Origin: a virus
Lineage: Duplodnaviria; Caudoviricetes
Virus record (IMG/VR): IMGVR_UViG_3300047669_000810
Location: 1-41,341 of that record
DNA: 41,341 nucleotides
Reading direction: 5' to 3' (one strand)
Shown: positions 1 through 9,600 of the stretch, one piece after another
How the letters are laid out: each line of letters starts with the position of its first letter
How positions within the stretch are numbered: the first letter of the stretch is position 1
Translations under genes and position numbers: made by a program
The notes under the pieces: model-generated
Seen by the model: the letters and a program-made list of their open reading frames with translations, nothing else
Database searches by the model: none
Told to the model about the DNA's origin: nothing

Positions 1-2
1 AC

Positions 3-422
3 GCCTATGTGGGCGTGGACGGCCAGTTCCTTGGGTCAGACATGATTGAGTTGACCGATGAAGAAGCCGCAGAGATCAAAGAACTTCAGTCAGAAAAAGA
101 CGTTATTGAGGCAGAAATCGGCCTTAAACGTCTTTACCCGGCATCTCGTACAGAACAACTCATCGAAGATGGGTTTGCGATGTCGGACGGTCGGTTCCCG
201 ATTGTCACGAGGTCGGATCTGACCACGGTGATTGTTGCTGCGGGCAGTTCTAAGTCGCTTGACATCAGGGGTCACATTACAAAACGAGCAGAAGAACTTG
301 AGGCTACTGATCTCATTCCAGAAGGATGGTCCGAAGAAAAGACCGCTGAAGAAGCAGAGTTTGTGGCTTCGCTGATGGAAATGCAGATGATGGAAGTCGA
401 AGAAGATTTGGACACGGAGTAA
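3..422 (+). CDS. C-terminal part of a head-region protein, 5'-truncated by the window edge; carries an 'AMxDGxFPI' module; possibly the tail end of the prohead protease/scaffold
   Basis: Frame is open to the window edge (GCC TAT GTG...). Acidic. Residues KRLY...GFAMSDGRFPI...HITKRAEEL...DLIPEGW match the C-terminal module of 12266..13024. The protease assignment is from position only. Confidence 0.6.
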   Translation, partial: AYVGVDGQFLGSDMIELTDEEAAEIKELQSEKDVIEAEIGLKRLYPASRTEQLIEDGFAMSDGRFPIVTRSDLTTVIVAAGSSKSLDIRGHITKRAEELEATDLIPEGWSEEKTAEEAEFVASLMEMQMMEVEEDLDTE

Positions 423-426
423 TAGC

Positions 427-681
427 GTGTCTGATTTTGAAGAAGTAAAGGCTGTCGTCAGGCTTAATCCTGATGGGTCGATGACCCGTGTTGAGAGAAC
501 TCCTCCGCGCCCTGATGGCGAAGGGAGTCCTTCTAAAGACCCGATGACTTTGCTTCTTATGGCTTACCGGATCATGGTAAATAGTCCGGAATGTAAATCT
601 TTATTGGAACCTTTGATGGATCTTATAAAACAAAAAGAGCGGATCATGACACAACGCAATAATCCCACGGAAGGTTATTAA
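427..681 (+). CDS. hypothetical head-region protein (84 aa)
   Basis: Tightly packed in the operon, GGAG upstream of the start; N-terminal EEVKAV motif. Confidence 0.6.
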   Translation: MSDFEEVKAVVRLNPDGSMTRVERTPPRPDGEGSPSKDPMTLLLMAYRIMVNSPECKSLLEPLMDLIKQKERIMTQRNNPTEGY

Positions 682-685
682 GACG

Positions 686-919
686 ATGGACAAGAAAAGT
701 TATTTCGATCCCAACAAGGGACGGATCGTGCATGTCGGAGAAGAGGAGCCAGAGGCTCCTGTTCCTGCTCCTGAAGCGGAGGCAACGGGCGAGCGAGCGC
801 GGACAACTAAGGGGCATTTTGTCAAAGATGATGAAAGCACTCCTGATGTGAATGAAGCGTATAGAGATGGCAAGACCCCCAAGAAAAAGGGCACCAATAA
901 GAAAAACGCAAAAAACTAA
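686..919 (+). CDS. hypothetical protein (77 aa) with RARxxKGHFxxDDxSTPDVNEA motif and Lys-rich tail
   Basis: 4 nt after the previous stop; Pro/Glu/Ala linker and basic C-terminus. Confidence 0.6.
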   Translation: MDKKSYFDPNKGRIVHVGEEEPEAPVPAPEAEATGERARTTKGHFVKDDESTPDVNEAYRDGKTPKKKGTNKKNAKN

Positions 920-934
920 TCACCCCTAGGGAGT

Positions 935-3900
935 GTGATGGATGATATGAAACTTGAGGTGAAGGCACCTCAAGATGCAATTGACTTACTCCCGCAGGAG
1001 AGGATTACTGGCGACATTCTTCGTGGCCGGGGGCCGCGACGCGGGAACTTAGAGCAACTTCTTAAGTACTGGCGTCCCATTATGCGGAAGCCGGGGGGTT
1101 TTCGTCGTTGCATAGTCATCCTTGCTGATCATCCAGAGTTGTACCCGCTGCAACCTTTGTGTGCGTGGCTCCATCATGAGACCACTGGTTTATGGCCGAA
1201 TGAGGGGAATCATCATGAGGGGGGCAAACTTGGTCCTGTTCTTCGTGCTTCTCGTCGCGCTGTTCCCGGCAAGCGCAAAAGGCGTCGGAAAAAGAGTGAC
1301 GATGGTGCTTTGGAAGTTTCCACTTGGAGGCTTTATAGGCGCATAGGTGGAATGTCCACCCGGCGAATTAATGGTGATCAGAACGCAGTTGAGTACAAGG
1401 CTGCTCGTATTGCTCAAGGGTTCAAGTCTGTTCCTATTCCCGGTTCTTTTGAATGGGATGAGGACTATCCGAAAAATGTTGAAGTCGAAACTGTTGCAGA
1501 TCTTCTGGGAACCAAAGTCGGATTAGTTTCTACTCATGGTCGGATGGGGCGAAGCCTTCAGGGTCTTGCTTCGTTCTTTATTCCCGGCGATATGGGCAAG
1601 TATCGAAATCCGGGTAGATCTGCTGTTTATGGTGCGTTAACTCCGGGCGGTGGCGGTATCGGTGGCGGTATCGGTGGCGGAGGGGCAGGTCGTCCTTCTA
1701 TCGGGGGCCGTGCCATGCGTTGCCCTCAGGGTTATCTGAATGGTGGCCGGTTCACAGATCCAGAATTAAGCAATTGTGGAAGCGTTGTTTATGACGCTCC
1801 GGCTAAAGGGCCGGGAGCGGTAACGGCTGCTGATCGTGGAAAGATCACCCGTCGTTTTCAAGGCTCAAAACCAGAAGATCTTGAAGATGTTGCAAGAGAT
1901 GTAATAGTCAAAAAACCAAAAGGTGACCCTTTTGCCGTTGTTCGTGAAGCGGCAATGAAACCACATTCAAGACCAAATACGAAGCGTCGTGAATCATCCG
2001 TTTCGGATGTAGTTGGTTTTGCTTCTAAGAACAGAAACACGACACGCATAGTCCGAAGGGACGGTGTCATTTATGAGCCTCGTGTAGATGCGAATCAATT
2101 GGTCAGGATGAAAGACCATGACAATCTAAAAGATGCCGTTTATGTCACTTCTAAAATTGGAAAGAAAAGTATTGCCGGTGAAGAATTACGTCTTCTTACT
2201 AAGGGTGCTAAAGCGGTTCAATATGTTTTCCCAGAGGGATCTGTCAGAGTCACTCGTAAAGGGAACATAGGTTCTGGGACTGCTGCAAAGATTCGTACAC
2301 GCTGGGCAGCACTCAGTAGAGATCCAGACATCAAAATCAATCCAATGGCTGGTGTTGAAAAATTGGTAAAAGAGTTCCCAACGAATCTTTCGATAGAGCC
2401 GAAGTTCAAAAATATCAGCAACGCTAATGAGCGTGTGGTCGTGTATTCACCGACCGGTGAACGCAGGATCGTTCCACGGTGGGTGTTTTCGTTGTATTTG
2501 TCTGAAAAGGCACCAAGGCGTCCTGCCGGAAGGAAGCCTTTCTCTACTGTTCGTTTAGAAAATGAAGAAAAGGTTGTTGCTAACGAACGTCCCGATAGGG
2601 GTGAGTACGCCGCTTTGTTGGTTGAGTACAAGTCGCTGGCTTTCAGAGAGACGCCTATTCGCAAAAAGAGTGTTTCTGATATTCGGATTAGTGAAACTTT
2701 TGGTTTAAGCAAGGATTCACTTATTGATGTAAAAGCGGCACGGTTTGTTATTGCAGCCGATTCTGAGGAAATGGCAGTAAAAATTTTCCGACGGGCATTA
2801 ACTCCCGGTGGCCGTAGGCGTGGTGGTCGGATCGGAGGTCTTGCCCGTAGGGCACCAAAGATTGCTCCTTACAACCCGGACGCACGCGATGGAGACAACG
2901 ATGGTTTAAGGCAGGAAGGAACTATTTGGGAACGGCCCGCTGGAACAGTGTTCCAGAACGTGGCTAGAGGTGCCCGAAGAATGAGTAGGGGGATGAGCAT
3001 TGTCGATGGGGGCGGCAAGCGTGTTGATTACAAACCCGGAGATGGGCAACGTTCGCCTCTCCGTCGTATAGATGGTTCTCGTGCCGGTCGTGGTCGTGTA
3101 GACCGCGCTATTGGTGCAGGTCGCATACTGCAACGGGATCGTGACGAGGACGCTAGGGTCGATTTTACTGCGGCTGATAACCGTCGTGATTTGCGTCGTG
3201 CAAGGTTGCAGCGTGCGATTGGAAGGGTTCAAGCAAGTCCTGATCGTCGCGAACGCAGAGCGGATCGTTTGGATGCGCGAGCGGATCGGAATGAAGAGCG
3301 AGGTCGGGCTGATGTTGACCGCGCAGAAGTGTTGCGTCAGTTCAGGATCGAACGGGATGCTTTAGATGCACGCCATCGTGAAGAGCGCGAGGAACTAGAT
3401 GGGAGAAATCCCCGGCGGGAGAGAAGGCAAGAGCGTCGCGGAGAAGTCGCTGAACGTATAGACAACGCTGTCGGTCGTGGCCGTCAGGAGCGGCGTGACA
3501 GGGACGAGAACCCTAGGGCTGACTCCGGGGACACCCGCCGTGAGCAAAGGCGTGAGGGGCGTGCAGATCGCTTAGACGAAAGAATTGGTTACGGGCGGCA
3601 AGAACGTCGCGACAGGGATGAAGATGCTAGGGCTGACTTTGGTGATACCCGACGCAGGGATCGAAGGGCTGCTAGGCGGCAACGGAACGAGGACAGACGG
3701 AATCGCTTAGACGAAAGAATTGGTCACGGGCGGCAAGAACGTCGCGACCGAGACGAGGATGCTAGAGCCAAGTTTGGTGACACTGCTCGCAGGCAGGGAG
3801 AACGCGAAGAACGCCGCGGGCGGCATGTCGAAGTATCTGAAAAGAAGAAAGAAAGGTTTGCTGAGAAAGGTAAGCCAAATGTTATTCAGCAGGAAAAAAA

Positions 3901-6352
3901 CAAGATCAAAGCAGAAAGAGACAAGCCTCTAGCAGAGGAAATAAGCGAAGAGATTAATGCCAGTCTGGGTGTCAATCCGGATGGCGTCGAACAGATGTCT
4001 GATGTGATGAAGCGGGAGTATCCCGACAGGCCAGAGGCGCGGTCTGACCGCATGATCCTTGAGGAGATGGCGGCGATTAATGCTGCTCATCCCGATATTT
4101 TGGATCGTCCATTTTTGCCGGGTATGCGACATGACGAGTTGGAAGCCGAACAGAAGCGTCGGCGGTTGGCTCGCCCTGACCCGCAGGCCGTTGGTGACAT
4201 GCCTGTCGCTGACCGTGATGGTAACCGTCTGTCACTAGAGGAAATTCGGGAAATAGGCAACCAGCGTATGCACGGTGACCCACGTCATGTCGCCGCAGCG
4301 GAAGACTTGGTGGCTCGTGAAGTGTGGAATGACGCCATGTTGGATGAGGCAAGGTTGCTTGAAAACCACATGCCTCCGCCGGACCCGCAAGAGAATTCTG
4401 ACAATTCCGGTATTTACCGCCGCCTGCGTGGCAGGGTGTTCGCAGAGCGCCAAATACGACGAGATGGTGGAGATGGTCAACCCCGGCAGGATGCGGGTGC
4501 AGCGAGGCATCAGCACGCTGCGCTTCGCGCTCGTGGTGCTCATGACACAGTTTTAGCGGAGTTAGGTGAAGAGCGTTGGAAGAAAGTTGTAGCGAATTAT
4601 AGGGACCGCTATGAAGCCGGTGACGCTGCCGATCTTTCTTTCATATCTGTGATAGATGTTGTTTTCCCGTATGACGCAAGAGAAGGTCAAGTAGGGGTCG
4701 CAAATGTTGGGGGAGTGGCCGAACTGGGCAACCCTGATATCTGGGGTTCGAACCCGGCGTCGGCTTTAAGGTATCGCGCTCCAGACGGGGAACGTATGCC
4801 GCGTAGTCGCTTTGAGGCGTTGTCCGCAATACAAGACAGGCTGGATGCAGGGGCAGTAGAAAACCCAGAAATATTGGCGGCTCGTTTAGAAATAGTGCAA
4901 ACCTCTTTAAGGGAGGCGCAAGACCGACTCAGCCGAGAAAGAATCCAAGAGTTCGATGCTGCCCGTAGACAACATCTCGATTTAAATCTTAACGATTCGG
5001 ATGCTTGGGATAACGCCGCAGAAGCGGGTTTGCTGCAAGCCTTAAATGTCAGGGCAAAGAATCAAATTGATGGCGATATTGGTTTGGTTGACTTGCTTTT
5101 GGCAACGATGCATCAAGATCAGCGGGATCACGCTCTCATGTACCCCCAACCGGATGTACCTGAACCGGATTTGTCCCCTGAGGGGTTGGCTGCTTTAGAG
5201 GCTTTGAAGCAGGAACGGTTTGAGGTTCGGGCGTTGCGACCACGGTTGGGCTTCGTTGAAGCCGAATATCGACGTAGGGGCACTCCACCAAATTTGGATA
5301 TGGCAGCGCGTGGTTTCAATGCTGAATTTGAAGAACGATTAGCAGCGGGAAACCCAACTCCAGCCGATAAAAATCGGGTTAAAGAGTTGGTGCGAGATGC
5401 TTTAAGTCTTGGTCCTGACAGGTCTTTCGTGGGGAGAGATGGAAAGAGTGAGTTCAGAATCGTAAACAGAGACGGTGGAATGCCTACGTTGAATCTGGAA
5501 CACAATGCTGGCGCGAATATAATAGGGGTAAAACTGAAGAAAGGTAATGAAACCCGGTCGGGTGCTCATATTCAGTATCGCAAACGGGATGCTGATGGAA
5601 ACTGGGGTGAATGGCTTTACGACAATAAGGGCTATACATCACGACAGGTGTTTGTTAGTTACGTTGATGGCAACTGGAAAGTCTCTCAAAGTAATAGTTA
5701 TTTGTTTGTAGATCCGGGTAGCGCGGGTGTCAAGAGTTCTGGTTTTGCAGGGTTCTATAACAACAATGCTTACATGCATTATCAGGCGCTGGGTGGAAAA
5801 TTGAATGTCGGGGTTACTGCTGTTGCTGACGGACAGGTGATGTGGGGAAGGCAAGGGTTTGAGTCTCCAGAGGCCGTCAGTAAAATGGTTAGGAATTTGA
5901 TTCCTGAGTTGGCGGCTTTCCGGGTGGATGGTCCAAGCGATGAGAACATTATTATTGATGCTTTGATGGCAGATGAAATAGGAGAATTGCTTCGACGGGA
6001 TGCCGCTGGCGAACGAGTTACTTTGATGATGGCACATTCAATATTTGATCGGGATGGGTCTCACCCTTGGAACAAGATGAAACCGCATGGTGCAGGTGAA
6101 GCCGATAAATCGGAAGGTATTTCACAAAACAAATATGGAGCATGGTGGTTGTCAAATGCTCCGCTCTCCAGCGGTAATCTGGATAATGGCGGCGAGTTTG
6201 GTGACGAATTGGATCGTCTGATCAGACGAGTTTTGGGTGATCGAACAGAGGATTTTGATCCGGGGGCCATTGATGCTGATGGTGATGGAGTCTTGCAGGA
6301 TGGCACCCCATTCGAGCGTCCAGCGATAAGAACATCTGAAGAAGTTGGGTAA
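935..6352 (+). CDS. giant multidomain head-associated protein A (1805 aa): Cys/His-containing N-terminal domains, DGDNDG module, R/D/E repeats, C-terminal GNAT-like domain
   Basis: 5.4-kb ORF with GGGAG RBS. Motifs: YWRPIMRKPGGFRRC...CAWLHHETTGLWP; RCPQGYLNGGRFTDPELSNCG; YNPDARDGDNDGLRQEGTIWERPA; C-terminal SSGFAGFYNN...VGVTAVADGQVMWGRQGFE, resembling GNAT motifs A/B. Confidence 0.75.
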   Translation: MMDDMKLEVKAPQDAIDLLPQERITGDILRGRGPRRGNLEQLLKYWRPIMRKPGGFRRCIVILADHPELYPLQPLCAWLHHETTGLWPNEGNHHEGGKLGPVLRASRRAVPGKRKRRRKKSDDGALEVSTWRLYRRIGGMSTRRINGDQNAVEYKAARIAQGFKSVPIPGSFEWDEDYPKNVEVETVADLLGTKVGLVSTHGRMGRSLQGLASFFIPGDMGKYRNPGRSAVYGALTPGGGGIGGGIGGGGAGRPSIGGRAMRCPQGYLNGGRFTDPELSNCGSVVYDAPAKGPGAVTAADRGKITRRFQGSKPEDLEDVARDVIVKKPKGDPFAVVREAAMKPHSRPNTKRRESSVSDVVGFASKNRNTTRIVRRDGVIYEPRVDANQLVRMKDHDNLKDAVYVTSKIGKKSIAGEELRLLTKGAKAVQYVFPEGSVRVTRKGNIGSGTAAKIRTRWAALSRDPDIKINPMAGVEKLVKEFPTNLSIEPKFKNISNANERVVVYSPTGERRIVPRWVFSLYLSEKAPRRPAGRKPFSTVRLENEEKVVANERPDRGEYAALLVEYKSLAFRETPIRKKSVSDIRISETFGLSKDSLIDVKAARFVIAADSEEMAVKIFRRALTPGGRRRGGRIGGLARRAPKIAPYNPDARDGDNDGLRQEGTIWERPAGTVFQNVARGARRMSRGMSIVDGGGKRVDYKPGDGQRSPLRRIDGSRAGRGRVDRAIGAGRILQRDRDEDARVDFTAADNRRDLRRARLQRAIGRVQASPDRRERRADRLDARADRNEERGRADVDRAEVLRQFRIERDALDARHREEREELDGRNPRRERRQERRGEVAERIDNAVGRGRQERRDRDENPRADSGDTRREQRREGRADRLDERIGYGRQERRDRDEDARADFGDTRRRDRRAARRQRNEDRRNRLDERIGHGRQERRDRDEDARAKFGDTARRQGEREERRGRHVEVSEKKKERFAEKGKPNVIQQEKNKIKAERDKPLAEEISEEINASLGVNPDGVEQMSDVMKREYPDRPEARSDRMILEEMAAINAAHPDILDRPFLPGMRHDELEAEQKRRRLARPDPQAVGDMPVADRDGNRLSLEEIREIGNQRMHGDPRHVAAAEDLVAREVWNDAMLDEARLLENHMPPPDPQENSDNSGIYRRLRGRVFAERQIRRDGGDGQPRQDAGAARHQHAALRARGAHDTVLAELGEERWKKVVANYRDRYEAGDAADLSFISVIDVVFPYDAREGQVGVANVGGVAELGNPDIWGSNPASALRYRAPDGERMPRSRFEALSAIQDRLDAGAVENPEILAARLEIVQTSLREAQDRLSRERIQEFDAARRQHLDLNLNDSDAWDNAAEAGLLQALNVRAKNQIDGDIGLVDLLLATMHQDQRDHALMYPQPDVPEPDLSPEGLAALEALKQERFEVRALRPRLGFVEAEYRRRGTPPNLDMAARGFNAEFEERLAAGNPTPADKNRVKELVRDALSLGPDRSFVGRDGKSEFRIVNRDGGMPTLNLEHNAGANIIGVKLKKGNETRSGAHIQYRKRDADGNWGEWLYDNKGYTSRQVFVSYVDGNWKVSQSNSYLFVDPGSAGVKSSGFAGFYNNNAYMHYQALGGKLNVGVTAVADGQVMWGRQGFESPEAVSKMVRNLIPELAAFRVDGPSDENIIIDALMADEIGELLRRDAAGERVTLMMAHSIFDRDGSHPWNKMKPHGAGEADKSEGISQNKYGAWWLSNAPLSSGNLDNGGEFGDELDRLIRRVLGDRTEDFDPGAIDADGDGVLQDGTPFERPAIRTSEEVG
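1649..1681 (+). repeat. 12-bp tandem repeat GGTGGCGGTATC encoding a GGGI linker
   Basis: ggtggcggtatc ggtggcggtatc ggtggcgga read directly. Confidence 0.8.
2864..3064 (+). repeat. DGDNDG module, copy 1 (67 aa)
   Basis: APYNPDARDGDNDGLRQEGTIWERPAGTVF...GGKRVDYKPGD..RSPLR; matches 6752..6952. Confidence 0.9.
3101..3784 (+). repeat. four imperfect coding repeats, consensus IGxGRQERRDRDEDARADFGDTRR
   Basis: Copies near 3101, 3461, 3572 and 3701. Copies 3 and 4 share ttagacgaaagaattggt.acgggcggcaagaacgtcgcgac at the DNA level. Confidence 0.85.
6254..6325 (+). repeat. DGDNDG module, degenerate core copy at the extreme C-terminus of giant A
   Basis: FDPGAIDADGDGVLQDGTPFERPA vs YNPDARDGDNDGLRQEGTIWERPA. 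Confidence 0.8.
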
Positions 6353-6357
6353 TTGAT

Positions 6358-6636
6358 ATGACCAAAATAGGTACAGAAGATCTCGCAAAAATGCAAGGCT
6401 TTATTGAAGCCCGCAACAACCCGACGCGCAGGAACATCGTGGAGTTGGTATCACAATATGTGCTGGCCGACCTACCTGAAGGTGAAGAGAAATCAGAGTC
6501 GTTAGTTATGTCTCGCTATCACCTGTCCACGGATCGGGGAAAAGAAGATTTGCGGGATTTGTATTTGGATGCTCTTGCTTGGTTGGAAGAGGTTGACTCT
6601 GGAATGGTTGATGAAGAAGTGATTCCTAATGAATAG
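6358..6636 (+). CDS. small acidic protein (92 aa) directly after giant A; candidate immunity/partner protein
   Basis: 5 nt after the giant A stop and overlaps the giant B start. Function inferred from position only. Confidence 0.65.
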   Translation: MTKIGTEDLAKMQGFIEARNNPTRRNIVELVSQYVLADLPEGEEKSESLVMSRYHLSTDRGKEDLRDLYLDALAWLEEVDSGMVDEEVIPNE

Positions 6637-9600
6637 AAATCATTCTCTTTTTAACGAAAAGTCTTTTAAGGCTCGTGTCTTTGAATTAAGCCTTTACCCT
6701 GTTGAGTTCAAGGCTCGCGGGTTAGGTGCTATTCGGCGTACTCCGAAACCCGCTCCATACAATCCGGATGCCCGTGATGGAGACAATGACGGCTTGCGTC
6801 AAGAGGGAACTATTTGGGAACGTCCTGCCGGAACCGTATTTTTGGACATCATCAAAGGCGCTCGCAGACTGACTAGAGATATGCACATTGTTGACAGTGG
6901 CGGTAAGCGCGTCGATTACAAGCCCGGTGACGATCCACGTTCTCCTTTAAGAGGTGGTGGAGGTGAACGCCGAATCAGGGGACGAGGTGAGCGTCGTTTA
7001 GCGAGGGGGAATCGGCAGCGTGCCCGTGCCGGTAGGCAGCGTGCCCGTGCAGAAGAACAGCGTCCAGAGATTGAGGCTTTAGATGAGCAGATTGGAAAAC
7101 TTGAGGCTGCTATTGGGGGAGACAGTAAGGAACGGCTGTTAGCGGCAGAGGGTGATTCAGATGCTCGTGTAAAAATAAGTAGTTTTATGGAAGGTTTTAT
7201 TGAAGGCTTTACTGGCGTTAAGCAGAACTGGCGTCAGAACCGGGAAGATCGAACTGAGAAAGAGCGAGGTGTTCTTGAGGGAGCGATTCGCATGGAAGGC
7301 GAGCGTCGTCAGATGGGTGACGCTGCTGGTAATGATGCGCTGATTGAGCGTGAAATGGAGTTTGACGATCAGATTCTTCCTGAGGGTATTGATCGTGATG
7401 AGCATCGTCGTTTGTTAGATGAAGATCCTGAATATCGGCGTGATTGGAATGATCGTCTTGCCGGTATGCAACTTGGGATGGAAGACGATGGTGATGTTTT
7501 TATTCCTTTAGATGACGACGGGAAACCTGATCCGGGTTTACAAGAATTCCCTGATGCGGATGTTCCTGATCCGGATGTTCCGGAGGCAGATGCTCCTGAG
7601 GCGGATGACCCAGAGGTAGATGTTCCTGAAGATGATGGTCCAAATGCAAGGTTGGATCGGCGTCTACACGATCAAGCATTTGCGATAGAAGACACAATTC
7701 TTGATGAGGCAACCAACGAAAACGAACTACTAGAAGTTGAATTTGCTATAGATGAATTGGATCGTGAAGCAACCGATGCTTTCAATGCGGGGGCTATTGA
7801 TCAAGAAGACTTAGATGCATTAGCAGTAAGAATGGCACCGGTTAGAGAGAACATTGCAGAAGTAAGGCGAGATCGTAAAGAAAGAGATGCAGAAATTGAT
7901 GCCGATGTTGATGCCGGAGAAGACCGCGGCAGGGCTGTAGACCCGCCAGATGTTCCAGATGTTCCAGATGACGCTCCGGAGGATGTAGATGTACCGGGCG
8001 AAGATATAGACGTTCCTGAAGTTGGCAGACCAGAAGAAGGCTGGCATGTCTACGCAGATCTTTCAGATGAACAATTAGCAGAACGTTTAGACGAACCAGA
8101 CCCACCTGATTTAGATTTTCTTCTTCGTGAAGAACGTCGCCGTCAAGATAGAGAACTTCAAGATCCTCAGATGGAATTAGAACTTGCCATCGCTAAGGAG
8201 AATGATTGGCCAAACAGGGCAGCGGAATTGGAGGAGGGTCTCCGGCTGCGTCGTGAATTTGATGAACATCTCGCTGCGGGCGGTCAAGATATTCCACCAG
8301 ATCCTCCAGAGGCTCTCTCTCCTGAAGAGGCGGGTAGGCGTGCTGTAGCGGACGTGCAAATGCCAACTGACGGGGATATCCCTGCGCCCATCGACTTGAG
8401 TGGTGCCGATGACGAGGAATTGGGTCGAATAGTGCGAGGCGAGGAGGTGGAGGTCTTGCCGTTGGCTCCTCGTGCCGAACGGGCTGCCCGTCAACGAGAA
8501 GCCCGTTTAGAAATTGATCGTCGTCGGGATAATGCTGCGGCACCTGAAGATGCGGGAAGGATGGCACCTGAAGAGGTCGATGAAGAGTTGCGTGCCATTC
8601 TCATTCAACGTCCTGCGGATCTCGTCGGACCCTTAGATGATGATCCACGGATGCGAGAACTATTCCAAGAGCGTGACAGGCGAATCGCTGCGGATGGCGG
8701 TAACAGTGCTGAGGCACGTCTTATAAATAGTGATCGTGAACGTATCCGCAACCTTGATGATGATGAGTTGGTGGAAGAAATTGAATACAACCGAGCCAAC
8801 AATAATCAAGACGAATTATTAAATGGTTTGGCTGAACGGGATCAACGTAGAGCCGCTGGTGATGTAGAAGGCGATCCAGTGGATTTGGATTCTTCTGATA
8901 CCGACCGGACTGAACGGTCCTTTCAACCTGCGCCAATAGAGATTGCTACAGAATTCCGAGAAGATTTCCAAGCGGTAGATGGTATGCCAATCGGGGATGA
9001 AGCCGGGGAACGCCGCAGGTTGCTAGATCAACTTTTGAACAGAATCATTGAAGACCGTCGCGATAATCCACTAAATATGCGCCGTGATGATCCGGATGCC
9101 AAACGTTTATCAGACAATGCTCTTCGTGCAGTGGTTGAGATGATGAACGATGAAAGAAGTGTCGCACACATCCGGCAGTTGCGTGATGGTGATGGTCGCT
9201 TGGTCCGTGATCTGGATAGTCGTGTTATCAATGCACAGCAACTCCGAATGGCTGCTGTGAGGGGGCAGTTAACTCCCGAGATGTTAGATGAGACGATTGA
9301 GGCTTTGCGGAGATGGGAAGGAATCGATGCTCCGGCAGGGAACAGGGGCAGGTTGACTAGAAGGCTTCGTATTCATCGACGGGAGTTGATAGAGATCCGT
9401 AATTGGCGAGAGCCGGATAATCCCGATTTGTTAAATATGCCGAATATGGATGATGTCGAATTTAAAGAGTTGGTAGAAGGTCGGCTCAGGGCGCAAGATA
9501 CGTTACGCAGGGCAATGATGGGACATGATGCTGATGCGGGTGAACTCCCCGGTCAGTTAGAAGAATTGCGTCGCATCAATGCAGAAATGCCACTTCTCTA

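Noticed and set aside
3101-3784. Spaced DNA repeats as a possible CRISPR array
   Set aside because: Repeats are in-frame, degenerate at third positions and irregularly spaced inside a long ORF; no cas genes
2864-6952. Duplicated ~200-bp segment as a DGR template/variable repeat pair
   Set aside because: Differences are mostly synonymous and not adenine-specific, both copies are coding, and no reverse transcriptase is in the window
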